64,000 nucleotides of DNA from Candidatus Thiodiazotropha sp. (GCA_040506195.1 JBEVXH010000010.1:16993-80992); one strand, 5' to 3'; numbered from the stretch's first letter, positions 33,975 through 43,479 are shown. Made by a program: numbers and translations. The notes: a model not told the origin generated them from the letters alone.

Positions 33975-34782
33975 CCGCAGCCCTCCTGTAGAGCTCGTGG
34001 ACGAGTACCATCATCTGTTCCCCTTTGATCACAATCAGCGCCAGGTCACCTGAATGCGGATGAGAGGAGGAATCAGTCGTGGATGTCAGGTCGTCGTCAA
34101 AAAGCGGATTCTCAAAAAGCGCTACAGCCCCATATACTTCCTTGTATGGATGATCCACTTCATTCTGGAAGCACTCGATTTTTTCGGCGTCATCAAGCTC
34201 ATTGCGGCCATGCAACCTTTGCTTAATGGCATTTAAAGATTCCGCCTTTCTGGCGATGTCTTTTGCCGAGCCATCTACTGCATCTTGAAGTCTGGCCTTG
34301 GCCTTCTTTCCTGAGAACTGTGCCTTCGATTCAAAAATTGCCAGCCTATCCTTCGAAGAGGCTTTGCCATCCTTGACGATATGAAAGCCGATTATGTCAC
34401 TGCCTTTGGTAGACTCATTCCGAATGGTCTTGTCACCGTAGCGTGTGCGTGGAACCCAGTAGCCAAGCAGGTATTCAAGAAAATCGGCAACCAGCACTTC
34501 TCCAAAGTCGCCAGCGCGGATACTTGGTCCTGGCGCATCTTTTGGGTCAGGGAATTTTATGGTGTTGAGATACTCTGCCCGAGTATACTTGTACCCCCTG
34601 CGCCAATAATCGATTTCGGTGTCAAAGCAGTAGTGATTTCGAAAGTGGTTTGCCCATGCGGAGAGTACTGCCTCGTCTTTCTCATGACGGAACTCCCAGA
34701 CTTCTACATCCTTACCGTCGACGGTTCTCAGTCGTTCGCCAGTGTCGACGAGCCATTTTATATGATCTGAAGTCCAAGGCAT
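33964..34782 (-). CDS. hamA: Hachiman HamA-like nuclease (DUF1837-like)
   Basis: GDFGEVLV...GSDIIGF...FESKA (PD-(D/E)xK-like); directly upstream of a large Ski2-like helicase. Confidence 0.78.
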   Translation of the reverse strand: MPWTSDHIKWLVDTGERLRTVDGKDVEVWEFRHEKDEAVLSAWANHFRNHYCFDTEIDYWRRGYKYTRAEYLNTIKFPDPKDAPGPSIRAGDFGEVLVADFLEYLLGYWVPRTRYGDKTIRNESTKGSDIIGFHIVKDGKASSKDRLAIFESKAQFSGKKAKARLQDAVDGSAKDIARKAESLNAIKQRLHGRNELDDAEKIECFQNEVDHPYKEVYGAVALFENPLFDDDLTSTTDSSSHPHSGDLALIVIKGEQMMVLVHELYRRAADEA

Positions 34783-34789
34783 TCGTACA

Positions 34790-36667
34790 TCATCTCGCTT
34801 TCAGATTTCCGCTGTTATTATCCCACTCCATAACACGGTGATCCCGTGTGGAAATCTTTACGGAGCTGTATCCGTATTTCCATTCTTCGTATCCCAGCGA
34901 AGAATAATCGTTGATATCGTCGGGCGTACCCTGCAAACGAAGAACATCGTCCTGATGGGAGTTGCGTGTAAAGTATTGAGAGGAAGTTGTGTTCGAACCT
35001 GGGGAGAGCCTAACCTTTAAGTTACCTTGATTGGTCCAGCTAATCACTCTGCGGTTATGCGTGGATATCTTAACGGAGCTATAACCATACTTCCATTCCT
35101 CGTAGCCGAGAGCGCTGTAGTCGTTAATATCATCAGGAGTTCCTTGGACTCGCAGCACATCATCTTGATGAGAACCTCGAGTGAAAACTGGCGAGGTTGT
35201 TGTGTTCCTGCCAGGCTGGAGTTGGACTTTCAGGTTGCCTTGATTTGTCCAACTCTGCACTCTCCGATCCTGGCTGGATATTTTTATAGAGCTATACCCG
35301 TATTTCCACTCCTCGTATCCGAGAGCACTATAATCATTGATGTCGTCAGGAGTGCCTTGAATTCTTAGGACATCATCTTGATGTGAACCGCGTGTATAAA
35401 AAGCAGATGATGTGACGTTGTTTCCTGGCAATAAGCGGACCTTCAAGTTGCCTTGATTGTTCCAGTTTAAAACTCGTCTGTTCTGGCTCGATAGCTTTAT
35501 AGAGCTGTAACCATATTTCCATTCCTGGTATCCAAGAGCAGTATAATCGTTGATGTCGTCTGGCCTGCCCTGAACTCGAAGCACCTCATCCTGATGCGAG
35601 CCACGAGTAAAGAAGCTTGCCGACGTTGTAGTGGCCACCGAAGAGGTGCTGGATCGTGCTTGCGCACTTGCCTTTCGCTGAGACGTAGATGGAGAGACGG
35701 TAGTCGGTTTATGTGCAGCCTTCGCTCTTCTGAGCGCACTCAGCAAATCTTGATCAATCCAACCATCCTGAGTAACACCAGCGTCACGCTGAAAAGCTTT
35801 CACGGCGGCAGCAGTCCGGCGACCATAATCTCCATCCACCGGCCCAGGTTTATACCCGAGGTCAGTCAGAAGCTGTTGAGCCTCTCTGGTGTATTGTGCA
35901 CTGGGCTTCTTGGGAGCACTACGGGTCGATGTGCCCGGTGAAACCGATGGATACGACGGTTGATACGAACCACCCAACTGTCTGGCCTCACGAACGGCCT
36001 CCGCGATAATCTGGCTCCGGTAAGGTTTTACATCACGCTCAGCTCGCGACTGGGAACCCTGACGATACCGATAGCTCCCACAGCGGCTATTGTAATCGTC
36101 AACGACTCGGTTGAACTTTCCGACCTCTGCATTGCTATCGATGACATCTCGCATCGCTTCAATGCGAATGCCCTCCCGGATACACCAGCGAATCTGCTGC
36201 ACGGAGAGCATCTTGTTGGTGCCGACTGAAGGCTTTGTATATTTCAATCCGGCGTTTTGAGCCGCGCCTGGGGTTCGGACCGCCTGAGCAGGGCTGCTCT
36301 GCGGGTAGTCGTAGCTCTGCGGTGATGATGGCGGATTGTACGAGGGCTTCTTGTTACTTTGTCCTCCATTGTTAATAAGCCATATCACAAATACGACGCC
36401 GACAATACCAAGAATCCATTTGCCGCCAGAACCGCCAGCGTTATTGCCAGAACTAACCGTTTCAATAGGTGGAGGCGTTCTTTTGGGCTTTCGCTCGGAT
36501 TCGGAGGTAGCTTTTTCCCGTTGAGGCTGCGGCGGTTGCTTAGGCGTTGAGGGCTTGGCCTCCTCTTTTGGTTCCGGGTTTATGGGCTCGTCGACACCAC
36601 TGACCTCGGAGGCCAGGTCTGAAAGCCCGGAGAAGCCTTTTTTATCCTTATCGTTATCGCCAGCCAT
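34790..36667 (-). CDS. Single-TM envelope protein with a peptidoglycan-binding domain and four 71-aa repeats
   Basis: TM WILGIVGVVFVIWLI; PG_binding_1-like LTDLGYKPGPVDGDYGRRTAAAVKAFQ; repeats TRGSHQDxVLRxQGxPDDINDY...EWKYGYSS. Start at MAGDND (36667). Confidence 0.8.
   Translation of the reverse strand: MAGDNDKDKKGFSGLSDLASEVSGVDEPINPEPKEEAKPSTPKQPPQPQREKATSESERKPKRTPPPIETVSSGNNAGGSGGKWILGIVGVVFVIWLINNGGQSNKKPSYNPPSSPQSYDYPQSSPAQAVRTPGAAQNAGLKYTKPSVGTNKMLSVQQIRWCIREGIRIEAMRDVIDSNAEVGKFNRVVDDYNSRCGSYRYRQGSQSRAERDVKPYRSQIIAEAVREARQLGGSYQPSYPSVSPGTSTRSAPKKPSAQYTREAQQLLTDLGYKPGPVDGDYGRRTAAAVKAFQRDAGVTQDGWIDQDLLSALRRAKAAHKPTTVSPSTSQRKASAQARSSTSSVATTTSASFFTRGSHQDEVLRVQGRPDDINDYTALGYQEWKYGYSSIKLSSQNRRVLNWNNQGNLKVRLLPGNNVTSSAFYTRGSHQDDVLRIQGTPDDINDYSALGYEEWKYGYSSIKISSQDRRVQSWTNQGNLKVQLQPGRNTTTSPVFTRGSHQDDVLRVQGTPDDINDYSALGYEEWKYGYSSVKISTHNRRVISWTNQGNLKVRLSPGSNTTSSQYFTRNSHQDDVLRLQGTPDDINDYSSLGYEEWKYGYSSVKISTRDHRVMEWDNNSGNLKAR
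34793..35617 (-). repeat. Four in-frame ~213-bp repeats encoding SmpA/BamE-like modules
   Basis: Four near-identical 71-aa units are visible in the translation; the last is slightly shorter. Confidence 0.9.
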
Positions 36668-36715
36668 GGGCTTCGTCCCCTTCCTTTTCGCACACAAATT
36701 TTATGCCGAGCTCCC

Positions 36716-37468
36716 TCATATAAACGTCACCCCCCAAGCGCCCAGGCCACCAATTCCTATGCACAAAAGAATCAACGGAGCACATCCTGAGTTTTTCTTC
36801 TTGGCGGGCAGCCCCGTTTCCGGGTGGCCATGAGCCTGTGCTAGGTCGCCGATCATCTTCGGCTGGCCGCTTACCCCCAACTGTCGACCCAGAATCTCGA
36901 AAAAGCTCCGTTTTACCGCCTGTGGGCTCATATCGTCCTCATATTCACCGAGGTTCAAGCGTGTCTCGCCGGTAAAGAGGCCGATCATCAGTGGCCCCAT
37001 TTTGCTACCACTTTCGTCTTGAAGGAGATCGCCAGCTTCGCTGTCGAGTATCCTGGCCAGCATGCCCATATCGGCCTGTTCAAGAGCAACAGTCATGATC
37101 GGCTGGTGCGATGGGCCGTGGGGATTCCTGTCGATCCGGTAGAAAACCGACATGGCGTAGTGATTGGTCATCCCCTGATACTCGGCCTTCTTCCGCTGCA
37201 TTTCCATGGTGAGATCAAGAACGGTCTTCGGCTTCTTCTGGAAAGTGAGGAAAAAATCACCCCAAACCCAGGTCTCACCATCATCGACGCTCGACCATGG
37301 GGCCGGAAGGGTTGGCCACTTCGTCAGTTCCAACAGGGCGAACACTGTGTTTTCTGGTGCTGATGGCTGCGGGCTGATCTGGTGAGACTGAGCCTGTGGG
37401 ATAGGTCGGGTATCCGAGGTCAGATCAGAAAGCCCGGTAAATCCGCGTTTGTTATCTTTGTCGTCCAT
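36716..37468 (-). CDS. Hypothetical protein with a C-terminal membrane anchor
   Basis: C-terminal hydrophobic CAPLILLCIGIGGLGAWGVTFI. N-terminus DKDNKRGFTGLSDLTS matches that of the next gene. Confidence 0.75.
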   Translation of the reverse strand: MDDKDNKRGFTGLSDLTSDTRPIPQAQSHQISPQPSAPENTVFALLELTKWPTLPAPWSSVDDGETWVWGDFFLTFQKKPKTVLDLTMEMQRKKAEYQGMTNHYAMSVFYRIDRNPHGPSHQPIMTVALEQADMGMLARILDSEAGDLLQDESGSKMGPLMIGLFTGETRLNLGEYEDDMSPQAVKRSFFEILGRQLGVSGQPKMIGDLAQAHGHPETGLPAKKKNSGCAPLILLCIGIGGLGAWGVTFI

Positions 37469-37474
37469 CGATCC

Positions 37475-39121
37475 TTACCCCCCCAAGAGACTGCTCAACC
37501 GATCTCCACTTCGTTTCCAGAACATACGGATAGCGGCCTCGAGAACGTGGATGTTATCCTCGTCCTGATACGAGAAGGCAGCAGCCAGTTTTTTGTCTTC
37601 CTTTTTTCCGATACAGAAAGCGCCAGCACCATTCCAGATCACTAGCTCCCCCCAGCGGCAAAAGATCCTTTCGTTACTGCCAAAGAGTTTTTTGCGCTCC
37701 AATTCCATTCCTAGATCACTCATAACGGTTGAACCAAAACGGTATTGTTTGCCATCACGCAGACCTTCCAGGTACTCCGTCAGCAAACGAACCCCAACTG
37801 CCTTCCACAAACATTCAATAAAGTTGGAATAGATTGCCTCCTTCTTCAGCTCGATGGAGCCATAATTGGAGCCGTTGCCGAAAACAATGCTGTAAGTTGT
37901 TCCGGTTGGAATGCCGTTGACAGAATGCCGTGTGCCGCCCCAACGGACTCGCGTAATTGAGTCAAGATCCCAGTGGCGTCCTTTCCACTCGATACCTTCT
38001 GGCGAAATTCGCAACTTATCCTTGAAGACAACTCCTACATCAGCCTCGTAAGTTATTTCTCTTCGCCACTCTTCAGCACTGTTCTTTGCATCCTCAATCA
38101 AACGATCGCGTTGTTCTGCAATGCCATCAAGTGCATCCGCATCCTCAGCAGTACGCTCGGCAACTTCAACAACCTCAGCGAAAACTTCCTGCAGCATATT
38201 CGTAAGTTGATGCGAGAAATCGAGCTTGCCGTGTTCGTTGAATATATGAATCGCCAGGTCACGAACCGTGCCAGCAACGCGGTGGCTTGCTTCGTGAGCA
38301 AGCCCTCGACTCATCGTACTGACCTGAATTGGCTGGGCGACGGCATCCCAGTTTTTCACAATCTGGATTAGCTGGTTCACCAAGGGTGCTATGGTCGAAT
38401 CGGACTGTTCTGCATCCACGGCAGCCCACAGTCGCTCGACCAAGGCTTTTATATTGTCTTCCTCCTTATCAAGGAATCCCTGAGCTTCTACTTCATACGA
38501 ATCAACAAGGTCGTCTATCAGAATCGGCCCGTGTTCCTCGCCGTCATTAGTCGCGGACTCAACGGCAAAGGTAACTGCCTTCACAAGTTCCTTTGGCGAA
38601 AGGTTATCGAGGGCCGACTTGATGACCTGGCGATAGTGCCTTCGCCGTTCCTGGATTGCAGATTCGACAGCTGAGAGGTCTGATACTTCTGGAAAACCGG
38701 AAACAATCCGTTCTTCGTTGATAATCACGCTCAACTCTTCGGGGTCGATGTCCTCAAATGCCCATGAAATTTCGAGAATCCATTCTGCTATGTAATCGGC
38801 ATTGTGGTCGGCCAAAAGAGCGAGGCCTGCCGCAAGCAGGTTAGCACGGGCAATTGACGACAGCTTATCGACAGCGAGCAGATCCATTGGCGAGGATTCG
38901 AGGAGCGAAAATACCTCTCCGGCCCTTTTTGGCCCGATGCCTGGCAGCCAGGCGACTTCAGCAGAGAGCCTCTTCCTCGGGTTGGTCAATTCCGAGCGAG
39001 CTTCCATAACCTCACTTGAATCAAGAAGCAGACTGCGTTCATCGGCCAGTTCCATGATCCGTCGACGGTTATCGCGGAGGCTGGCAGTCAAAATATGAAA
39101 AGGATTTTGTTGTAGGTCCAT
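37475..39121 (-). CDS. Protein with a degenerate J-domain-like N-terminus, helical core and C-terminal beta-rich (PH-like) domains
   Basis: NPFHIL...EARSELTNPRKR resembles J-domain helices I and IV, but HPD is missing; lies next to an Hsp70 gene. Confidence 0.55.
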   Translation of the reverse strand: MDLQQNPFHILTASLRDNRRRIMELADERSLLLDSSEVMEARSELTNPRKRLSAEVAWLPGIGPKRAGEVFSLLESSPMDLLAVDKLSSIARANLLAAGLALLADHNADYIAEWILEISWAFEDIDPEELSVIINEERIVSGFPEVSDLSAVESAIQERRRHYRQVIKSALDNLSPKELVKAVTFAVESATNDGEEHGPILIDDLVDSYEVEAQGFLDKEEDNIKALVERLWAAVDAEQSDSTIAPLVNQLIQIVKNWDAVAQPIQVSTMSRGLAHEASHRVAGTVRDLAIHIFNEHGKLDFSHQLTNMLQEVFAEVVEVAERTAEDADALDGIAEQRDRLIEDAKNSAEEWRREITYEADVGVVFKDKLRISPEGIEWKGRHWDLDSITRVRWGGTRHSVNGIPTGTTYSIVFGNGSNYGSIELKKEAIYSNFIECLWKAVGVRLLTEYLEGLRDGKQYRFGSTVMSDLGMELERKKLFGSNERIFCRWGELVIWNGAGAFCIGKKEDKKLAAAFSYQDEDNIHVLEAAIRMFWKRSGDRLSSLLGG

Positions 39122-39133
39122 ACTCCCCTCCAG

Positions 39134-40603
39134 TTACTCGTCGTCCCAGACGAACCCGATGCGTCTGCTTTTCTTTTCTATTTCTTTAGGCAGACTGTTC
39201 AATGCGGCATCGATACTTTCCTGATCAAGCTGCGTCTTCCCGGACTTGGCAGCAAGCCGTGCGGCCTCACGTATAACAAAAGCCGAATCGGAGAGAGCCT
39301 TACCCGTGAGTGCATCGAGAATCTTGTCCAGGTTAAGGTCATCAGATGTCGGCAGCTTGCTCAATAGTGAGTCGACCAGAGACGACACTTCTTCCCTCGA
39401 CGGCATACCGACTTCAATGATGTGGTCGAAACGCCCGCGACGCAGAATGGCCGGATCGATCATTTCGATCATGTTCGTCATGGCGACTAATAGCACCTTG
39501 TTCTTGATGGCTTCGGGAATGCGTCGAAGGAACTCGGCAACCTCTTCAACATGATGCAATCCTGACGAGCTGCCAGATTTCCTATCCGTGAGGAAAGACT
39601 CCATCTCATCAATGACGACCACGGACGGAGCGCCATCAATCGCCGTATCGAAAACCTCAGAGATCTTCTTACTGGTTTCGTGAATATAGGGGCTGCCAAC
39701 GCTGCTGGAATCAATCGAGTAACTGGGCCAATCGATAAATTCGACAAGCCGTTCCACGGCGAAGGTCTTGCCACATCCCGGGGGTCCATGCAGGACGATG
39801 GCTGAAGGGAAATCAATGCCCAGAGCCTGATATTTCTCCGCATTAAAGATGATGTCGATGACGTGTTCGTTAAAAAATTCCTCGAGGTGAGGTCGCCCTG
39901 GAAGTTTGAATATCTTGGATTCGGCCATATCCCCAGGCGATTGTGGCTTTTCAGGTTCGACAGCCTCCTTCGCAGTGGCAGTCTTTGCATCGCTCCGGGA
40001 TTGAGAAGCCGGCTTGCGCTTAGCCAGTAGTCCAGCGTCTGCAGGTACAGCAAACCCGGCAGCGTTTATGATTTCCGCCAGATCACCAGCGGGCATCCAG
40101 CCGGTCAGACTGGTCAACCGCCTGAAGGATTCAGTTGATATGACGACCCCACCGGTAATCCAGGTGCCCAAGACCACCTCATCATCTACGTGGGGTGTCA
40201 GCGTCCAGCCCGGGAGCAATCTGGAGTACTGCTCCACATAAACGGCATCATGGAAAGAGGCACCCTCTGACAATTTCCGGGACTCTTTGAGCGCGAACGC
40301 AAAGGCTATTGCATCGACCTTGCTTTCCGGTGATTTCCCATTCTCAACCGGCGTAAATGCGTACTTCTTATGGCTGCACATACTCCGGAATGATTCACCC
40401 CCGAAAGCGACATCTTCGAACAGGGATTCATCGAGAAAACCGAATTCATTCCACTTCTGCGCCAGCTCTGGACACATAAGCAGGATATTGTTCGAGCCAT
40501 TGGTATCGAATATCTGCCACTCGTCTCCTGAATAGAGGAGCGACCGGACATTCGATCCGTCCGGCAATTCATACCCTTTAGGTAGCCATAAGTCCTTCGC
40601 CAT
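39134..40603 (-). CDS. AAA+ ATPase with an unknown N-terminal domain
   Basis: GPPGCGKT, VVVIDEME, DPAILRRGRFD (second region of homology), C-terminal RRIGF. Confidence 0.9.
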   Translation of the reverse strand: MAKDLWLPKGYELPDGSNVRSLLYSGDEWQIFDTNGSNNILLMCPELAQKWNEFGFLDESLFEDVAFGGESFRSMCSHKKYAFTPVENGKSPESKVDAIAFAFALKESRKLSEGASFHDAVYVEQYSRLLPGWTLTPHVDDEVVLGTWITGGVVISTESFRRLTSLTGWMPAGDLAEIINAAGFAVPADAGLLAKRKPASQSRSDAKTATAKEAVEPEKPQSPGDMAESKIFKLPGRPHLEEFFNEHVIDIIFNAEKYQALGIDFPSAIVLHGPPGCGKTFAVERLVEFIDWPSYSIDSSSVGSPYIHETSKKISEVFDTAIDGAPSVVVIDEMESFLTDRKSGSSSGLHHVEEVAEFLRRIPEAIKNKVLLVAMTNMIEMIDPAILRRGRFDHIIEVGMPSREEVSSLVDSLLSKLPTSDDLNLDKILDALTGKALSDSAFVIREAARLAAKSGKTQLDQESIDAALNSLPKEIEKKSRRIGFVWDDE

Positions 40604-40606
40604 GAA

Positions 40607-43102
40607 TCATCCCCTGATAATGTTGGCCACATCGAACATCTCGTTGTCGGGGCCGCCACCGATTTGAATCATCGAAAGCTGGGCAACCACGGCACGAAGT
40701 TTTTCAATATCATCGGAGCGCATGAGTTGCGTGCCGACCTGGGCGAGTTCCTCGAAACGGTGCTTGTCCGCAAACAGGTGGGGCGAACTGACCATCCATT
40801 TGAACCGCTCGACCACGAACCAGTCTTGCCGCCAAAGGATCTCGAAGTTTTTGCCTTTCAGTTCATCAAGGTGATGCTCGAAATCTTTATCGTTTCGGTC
40901 GATTGAGCGTTGAGCCGTCTTCGCCAGGTTGTCGAAGCCCGACGCTTCGGACGGACGGGCATGCTGCCGGATATGCTCATCGAAGAAGGTCACCACACCG
41001 TCAAGGTCTATCTGACGAATTTCCTTGAGGTGCTCCTTACGTACTTGTGCAAGGAGCCGCCGCGCCTCAAGCACCTTCTCCATAGCCTCCTGGGAGTTCT
41101 CGGTCTCCGCTTCCTCAGGATCGAGGGAGGCAGCGGATTCAAGCTTCTGACGTGCTTGATCCAGTTTCGGGTTGTCCACCACGTCGTTGATCTCGTCGAT
41201 ACGGTTCAGTGTCCGTTCACCCTCCTCGACAACCATGGCGGCGGCCGCGGTGTAATCGAGCTGCCCCTCCTGGCGGGAATAGAAATTCTTCCCGGAATGG
41301 AAGGTCCCGCCGATGCAGGGCACGGATACTTCGATGATGATGTTGCCGGAATCCAGAATCTCGTATTCGCAAGCCAGATCGGCGCCGGCCGGAATTACGC
41401 CGTCGTCAAAATCGGAGCCGGAAATCTTCAAGACGCCGACGGGGCGGTTATCGGTAATAGGGTCTTCGATTTCTCCTTCCCAAAGCGCAAAGTTCAATGA
41501 ACCAGTTGACCCTGCCTTGAGCGATTCGGCCGCCTTGAAGGTCTTACTCCCCCTCTTCGGTAACGAATCACCGGATTTCACCAAATATTCCAGCACCTGT
41601 GGTCCGCCCACCTTATCCAGAACGGCGATAGCGATTGAGTGTGAGGCCGGGATGGCATCCACCGTGGCGGCGGTTCGGGTAATGACGATGCTGTCCTGTT
41701 CCAGGGCGATGGGGCCACCCACGGAATCGAACACGAATACTTTGAAGGTGTTTTCGCCGGTTTTTGTCAGACTAACGTCGAGGGTTGCCCCGTGTTTGAG
41801 CGGCATGCGGCCGGAGGTCCAGCCGGTGTCGACGCTATCGATCTGGAATTCTGAGCCGGACGCAGCCTGGCCCGCCAATTGAACTGCAATCTTGGCCTTA
41901 ACATCCGGAGTGCGGGCGATGTAATTGAAAGACAGTTCCAACCCGCCTCCAGAAGAAATCTGCCCACGGGTGTTCTTGCGAGAACGGTTCTGGGACCCCC
42001 AGTCAATCGACTCCGCAAACAGGCTCGCACCTTCCGCCACGGCTGTCATTGGGTTTACATCGGTGCTTCCCGGAATACCCAGCTCGAATGCAACCTTGTC
42101 TCGCAGCATTTTGTAGTTGGTCGGGCCACCAACGAACACGATGCGCTCCAGGTCATGCGGTGAAAGACCGGCCTTATTGAGTGTCTCTCGTGCAGACTCG
42201 ATTGACTCACCGACGCGTTCGGCAATCAGCTTGTCGTATGTATCACGCTGCAAGGGAATATCAAGATAGACCTCATTGTCGCTGAGATCCCGTACCCGGG
42301 CCTCGGTTTCCGACAGACTGATGACCGAATCCTCGCGTGCCGAAAGTTCAATCTTGGCGCGTTCGGTGGCCCAGGTGGCCAGCCGAATGAGCGACTTGAA
42401 GCTGGGGTTCACGGAAAAGTCTTCCGGGAGGTCGAAGTTTTCCAGCAGCCAGGGGCGTACAACATTATCGACGAGCACGCGGTCGAAATCCCGGCCACCA
42501 CACATGGCAATACCGCCGTGAGCGAGGAGATTAACCCGTCCACCGAGGCTTTCAGCAATAGCGATATCCAGTGTGCCGCCACCCAGGTCGTAAATCAGGA
42601 ACATACCGTCGGTATTGCGGGCGCGCATAACACTCATGACTGCAGCGACCGGTTCCTGCATTAGCGCAACCTTGCCGAGACCGGCCATGCTGGCGGCCTG
42701 CATGGTGGCATCCTTCTGCATCTGGTTAAAAGCAGCAGGAACGGTGATGACGGTTCCGGTATCCGGATCGTTTCGGATTTCCTCAGGCAGGTAACCGAAC
42801 TGAACTTTTAGAATTTCCGCCGAGCACTCTTCCGGAGTCATTGTCATGTTGACCGCCGGAAGATTGATTGGCGTACTGGTACCCATCAACCGCTTGAAAA
42901 GCATCGCAGAGTTGTCCGGGCTTTGCGGCGCCATGTTGTATGCGTTAAAACCAATCTGCTTGTTACCGCGCCTGTCGATATAGATCGCCGAGGGAGTAAC
43001 ATCGTTTTGCTGTGGACTCTTCCACACCCGCGTATCGGAACCGTCATAGGAACAGATTGCGCTGTTTGTTGTACCCAGGTCTATGCCAACGAAATTTTTC
43101 AT
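40607..43102 (-). CDS. Atypical Hsp70-family protein (831 aa)
   Basis: GIDLGTTNS, FKRLMG, TVPAAF, QEPVAA, DLGGGTLD, VGGPT, AVAEGA. An extra domain precedes the SBD-like region. Confidence 0.92.
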   Translation of the reverse strand: MKNFVGIDLGTTNSAICSYDGSDTRVWKSPQQNDVTPSAIYIDRRGNKQIGFNAYNMAPQSPDNSAMLFKRLMGTSTPINLPAVNMTMTPEECSAEILKVQFGYLPEEIRNDPDTGTVITVPAAFNQMQKDATMQAASMAGLGKVALMQEPVAAVMSVMRARNTDGMFLIYDLGGGTLDIAIAESLGGRVNLLAHGGIAMCGGRDFDRVLVDNVVRPWLLENFDLPEDFSVNPSFKSLIRLATWATERAKIELSAREDSVISLSETEARVRDLSDNEVYLDIPLQRDTYDKLIAERVGESIESARETLNKAGLSPHDLERIVFVGGPTNYKMLRDKVAFELGIPGSTDVNPMTAVAEGASLFAESIDWGSQNRSRKNTRGQISSGGGLELSFNYIARTPDVKAKIAVQLAGQAASGSEFQIDSVDTGWTSGRMPLKHGATLDVSLTKTGENTFKVFVFDSVGGPIALEQDSIVITRTAATVDAIPASHSIAIAVLDKVGGPQVLEYLVKSGDSLPKRGSKTFKAAESLKAGSTGSLNFALWEGEIEDPITDNRPVGVLKISGSDFDDGVIPAGADLACEYEILDSGNIIIEVSVPCIGGTFHSGKNFYSRQEGQLDYTAAAAMVVEEGERTLNRIDEINDVVDNPKLDQARQKLESAASLDPEEAETENSQEAMEKVLEARRLLAQVRKEHLKEIRQIDLDGVVTFFDEHIRQHARPSEASGFDNLAKTAQRSIDRNDKDFEHHLDELKGKNFEILWRQDWFVVERFKWMVSSPHLFADKHRFEELAQVGTQLMRSDDIEKLRAVVAQLSMIQIGGGPDNEMFDVANIIRG

Positions 43103-43479
43103 CGTTCCACCTTCCTTAAAGTGACGGTTCCTGTCTTAACCAAACCTTCTTTCCCCATGATGATCGGCTCGAGCATCTGATCGACCATCAAGGCATCCTT
43201 CGTATCGAACTCGTCGATATTGAGGGGCGTGGCGGCCATTCCCGAATCGAAGGCATGACCCTCGACATTTACGATTCTCAAATCCGCTCGTTCCAGGGCC
43301 TCTTCGACCTTTTTGATGAACCAACGGAACTGGCTCTTGTACCGATTCTGTTCCCCGGCATCGAGCTTCAACAGCAGACGATCAAACACCCGACCGAAGC
43401 GCCAGGACTCCACTGCCATACTGATCACCGCATCCCGCATGGCCTCGGGGGTCATTGTGGTTTGTTCAGAGTCCGCCAT
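43099..43479 (-). CDS. GrpE-like protein
   Basis: EEALERADLRIVNVEGHAFDSG...QMLEPIIM...LVKTGTV parallels the GrpE beta-domain. ATGA overlap with the Hsp70 gene; start at 43479 has a GGAG RBS. Confidence 0.6.
   Translation of the reverse strand: MADSEQTTMTPEAMRDAVISMAVESWRFGRVFDRLLLKLDAGEQNRYKSQFRWFIKKVEEALERADLRIVNVEGHAFDSGMAATPLNIDEFDTKDALMVDQMLEPIIMGKEGLVKTGTVTLRKVER

Noticed and set aside
34793-35617. 213-bp repeats as CRISPR or as DGR template/variable repeats
   Set aside because: They are in-frame protein repeats with mostly synonymous or conservative changes; there is no reverse transcriptase and no spacers.
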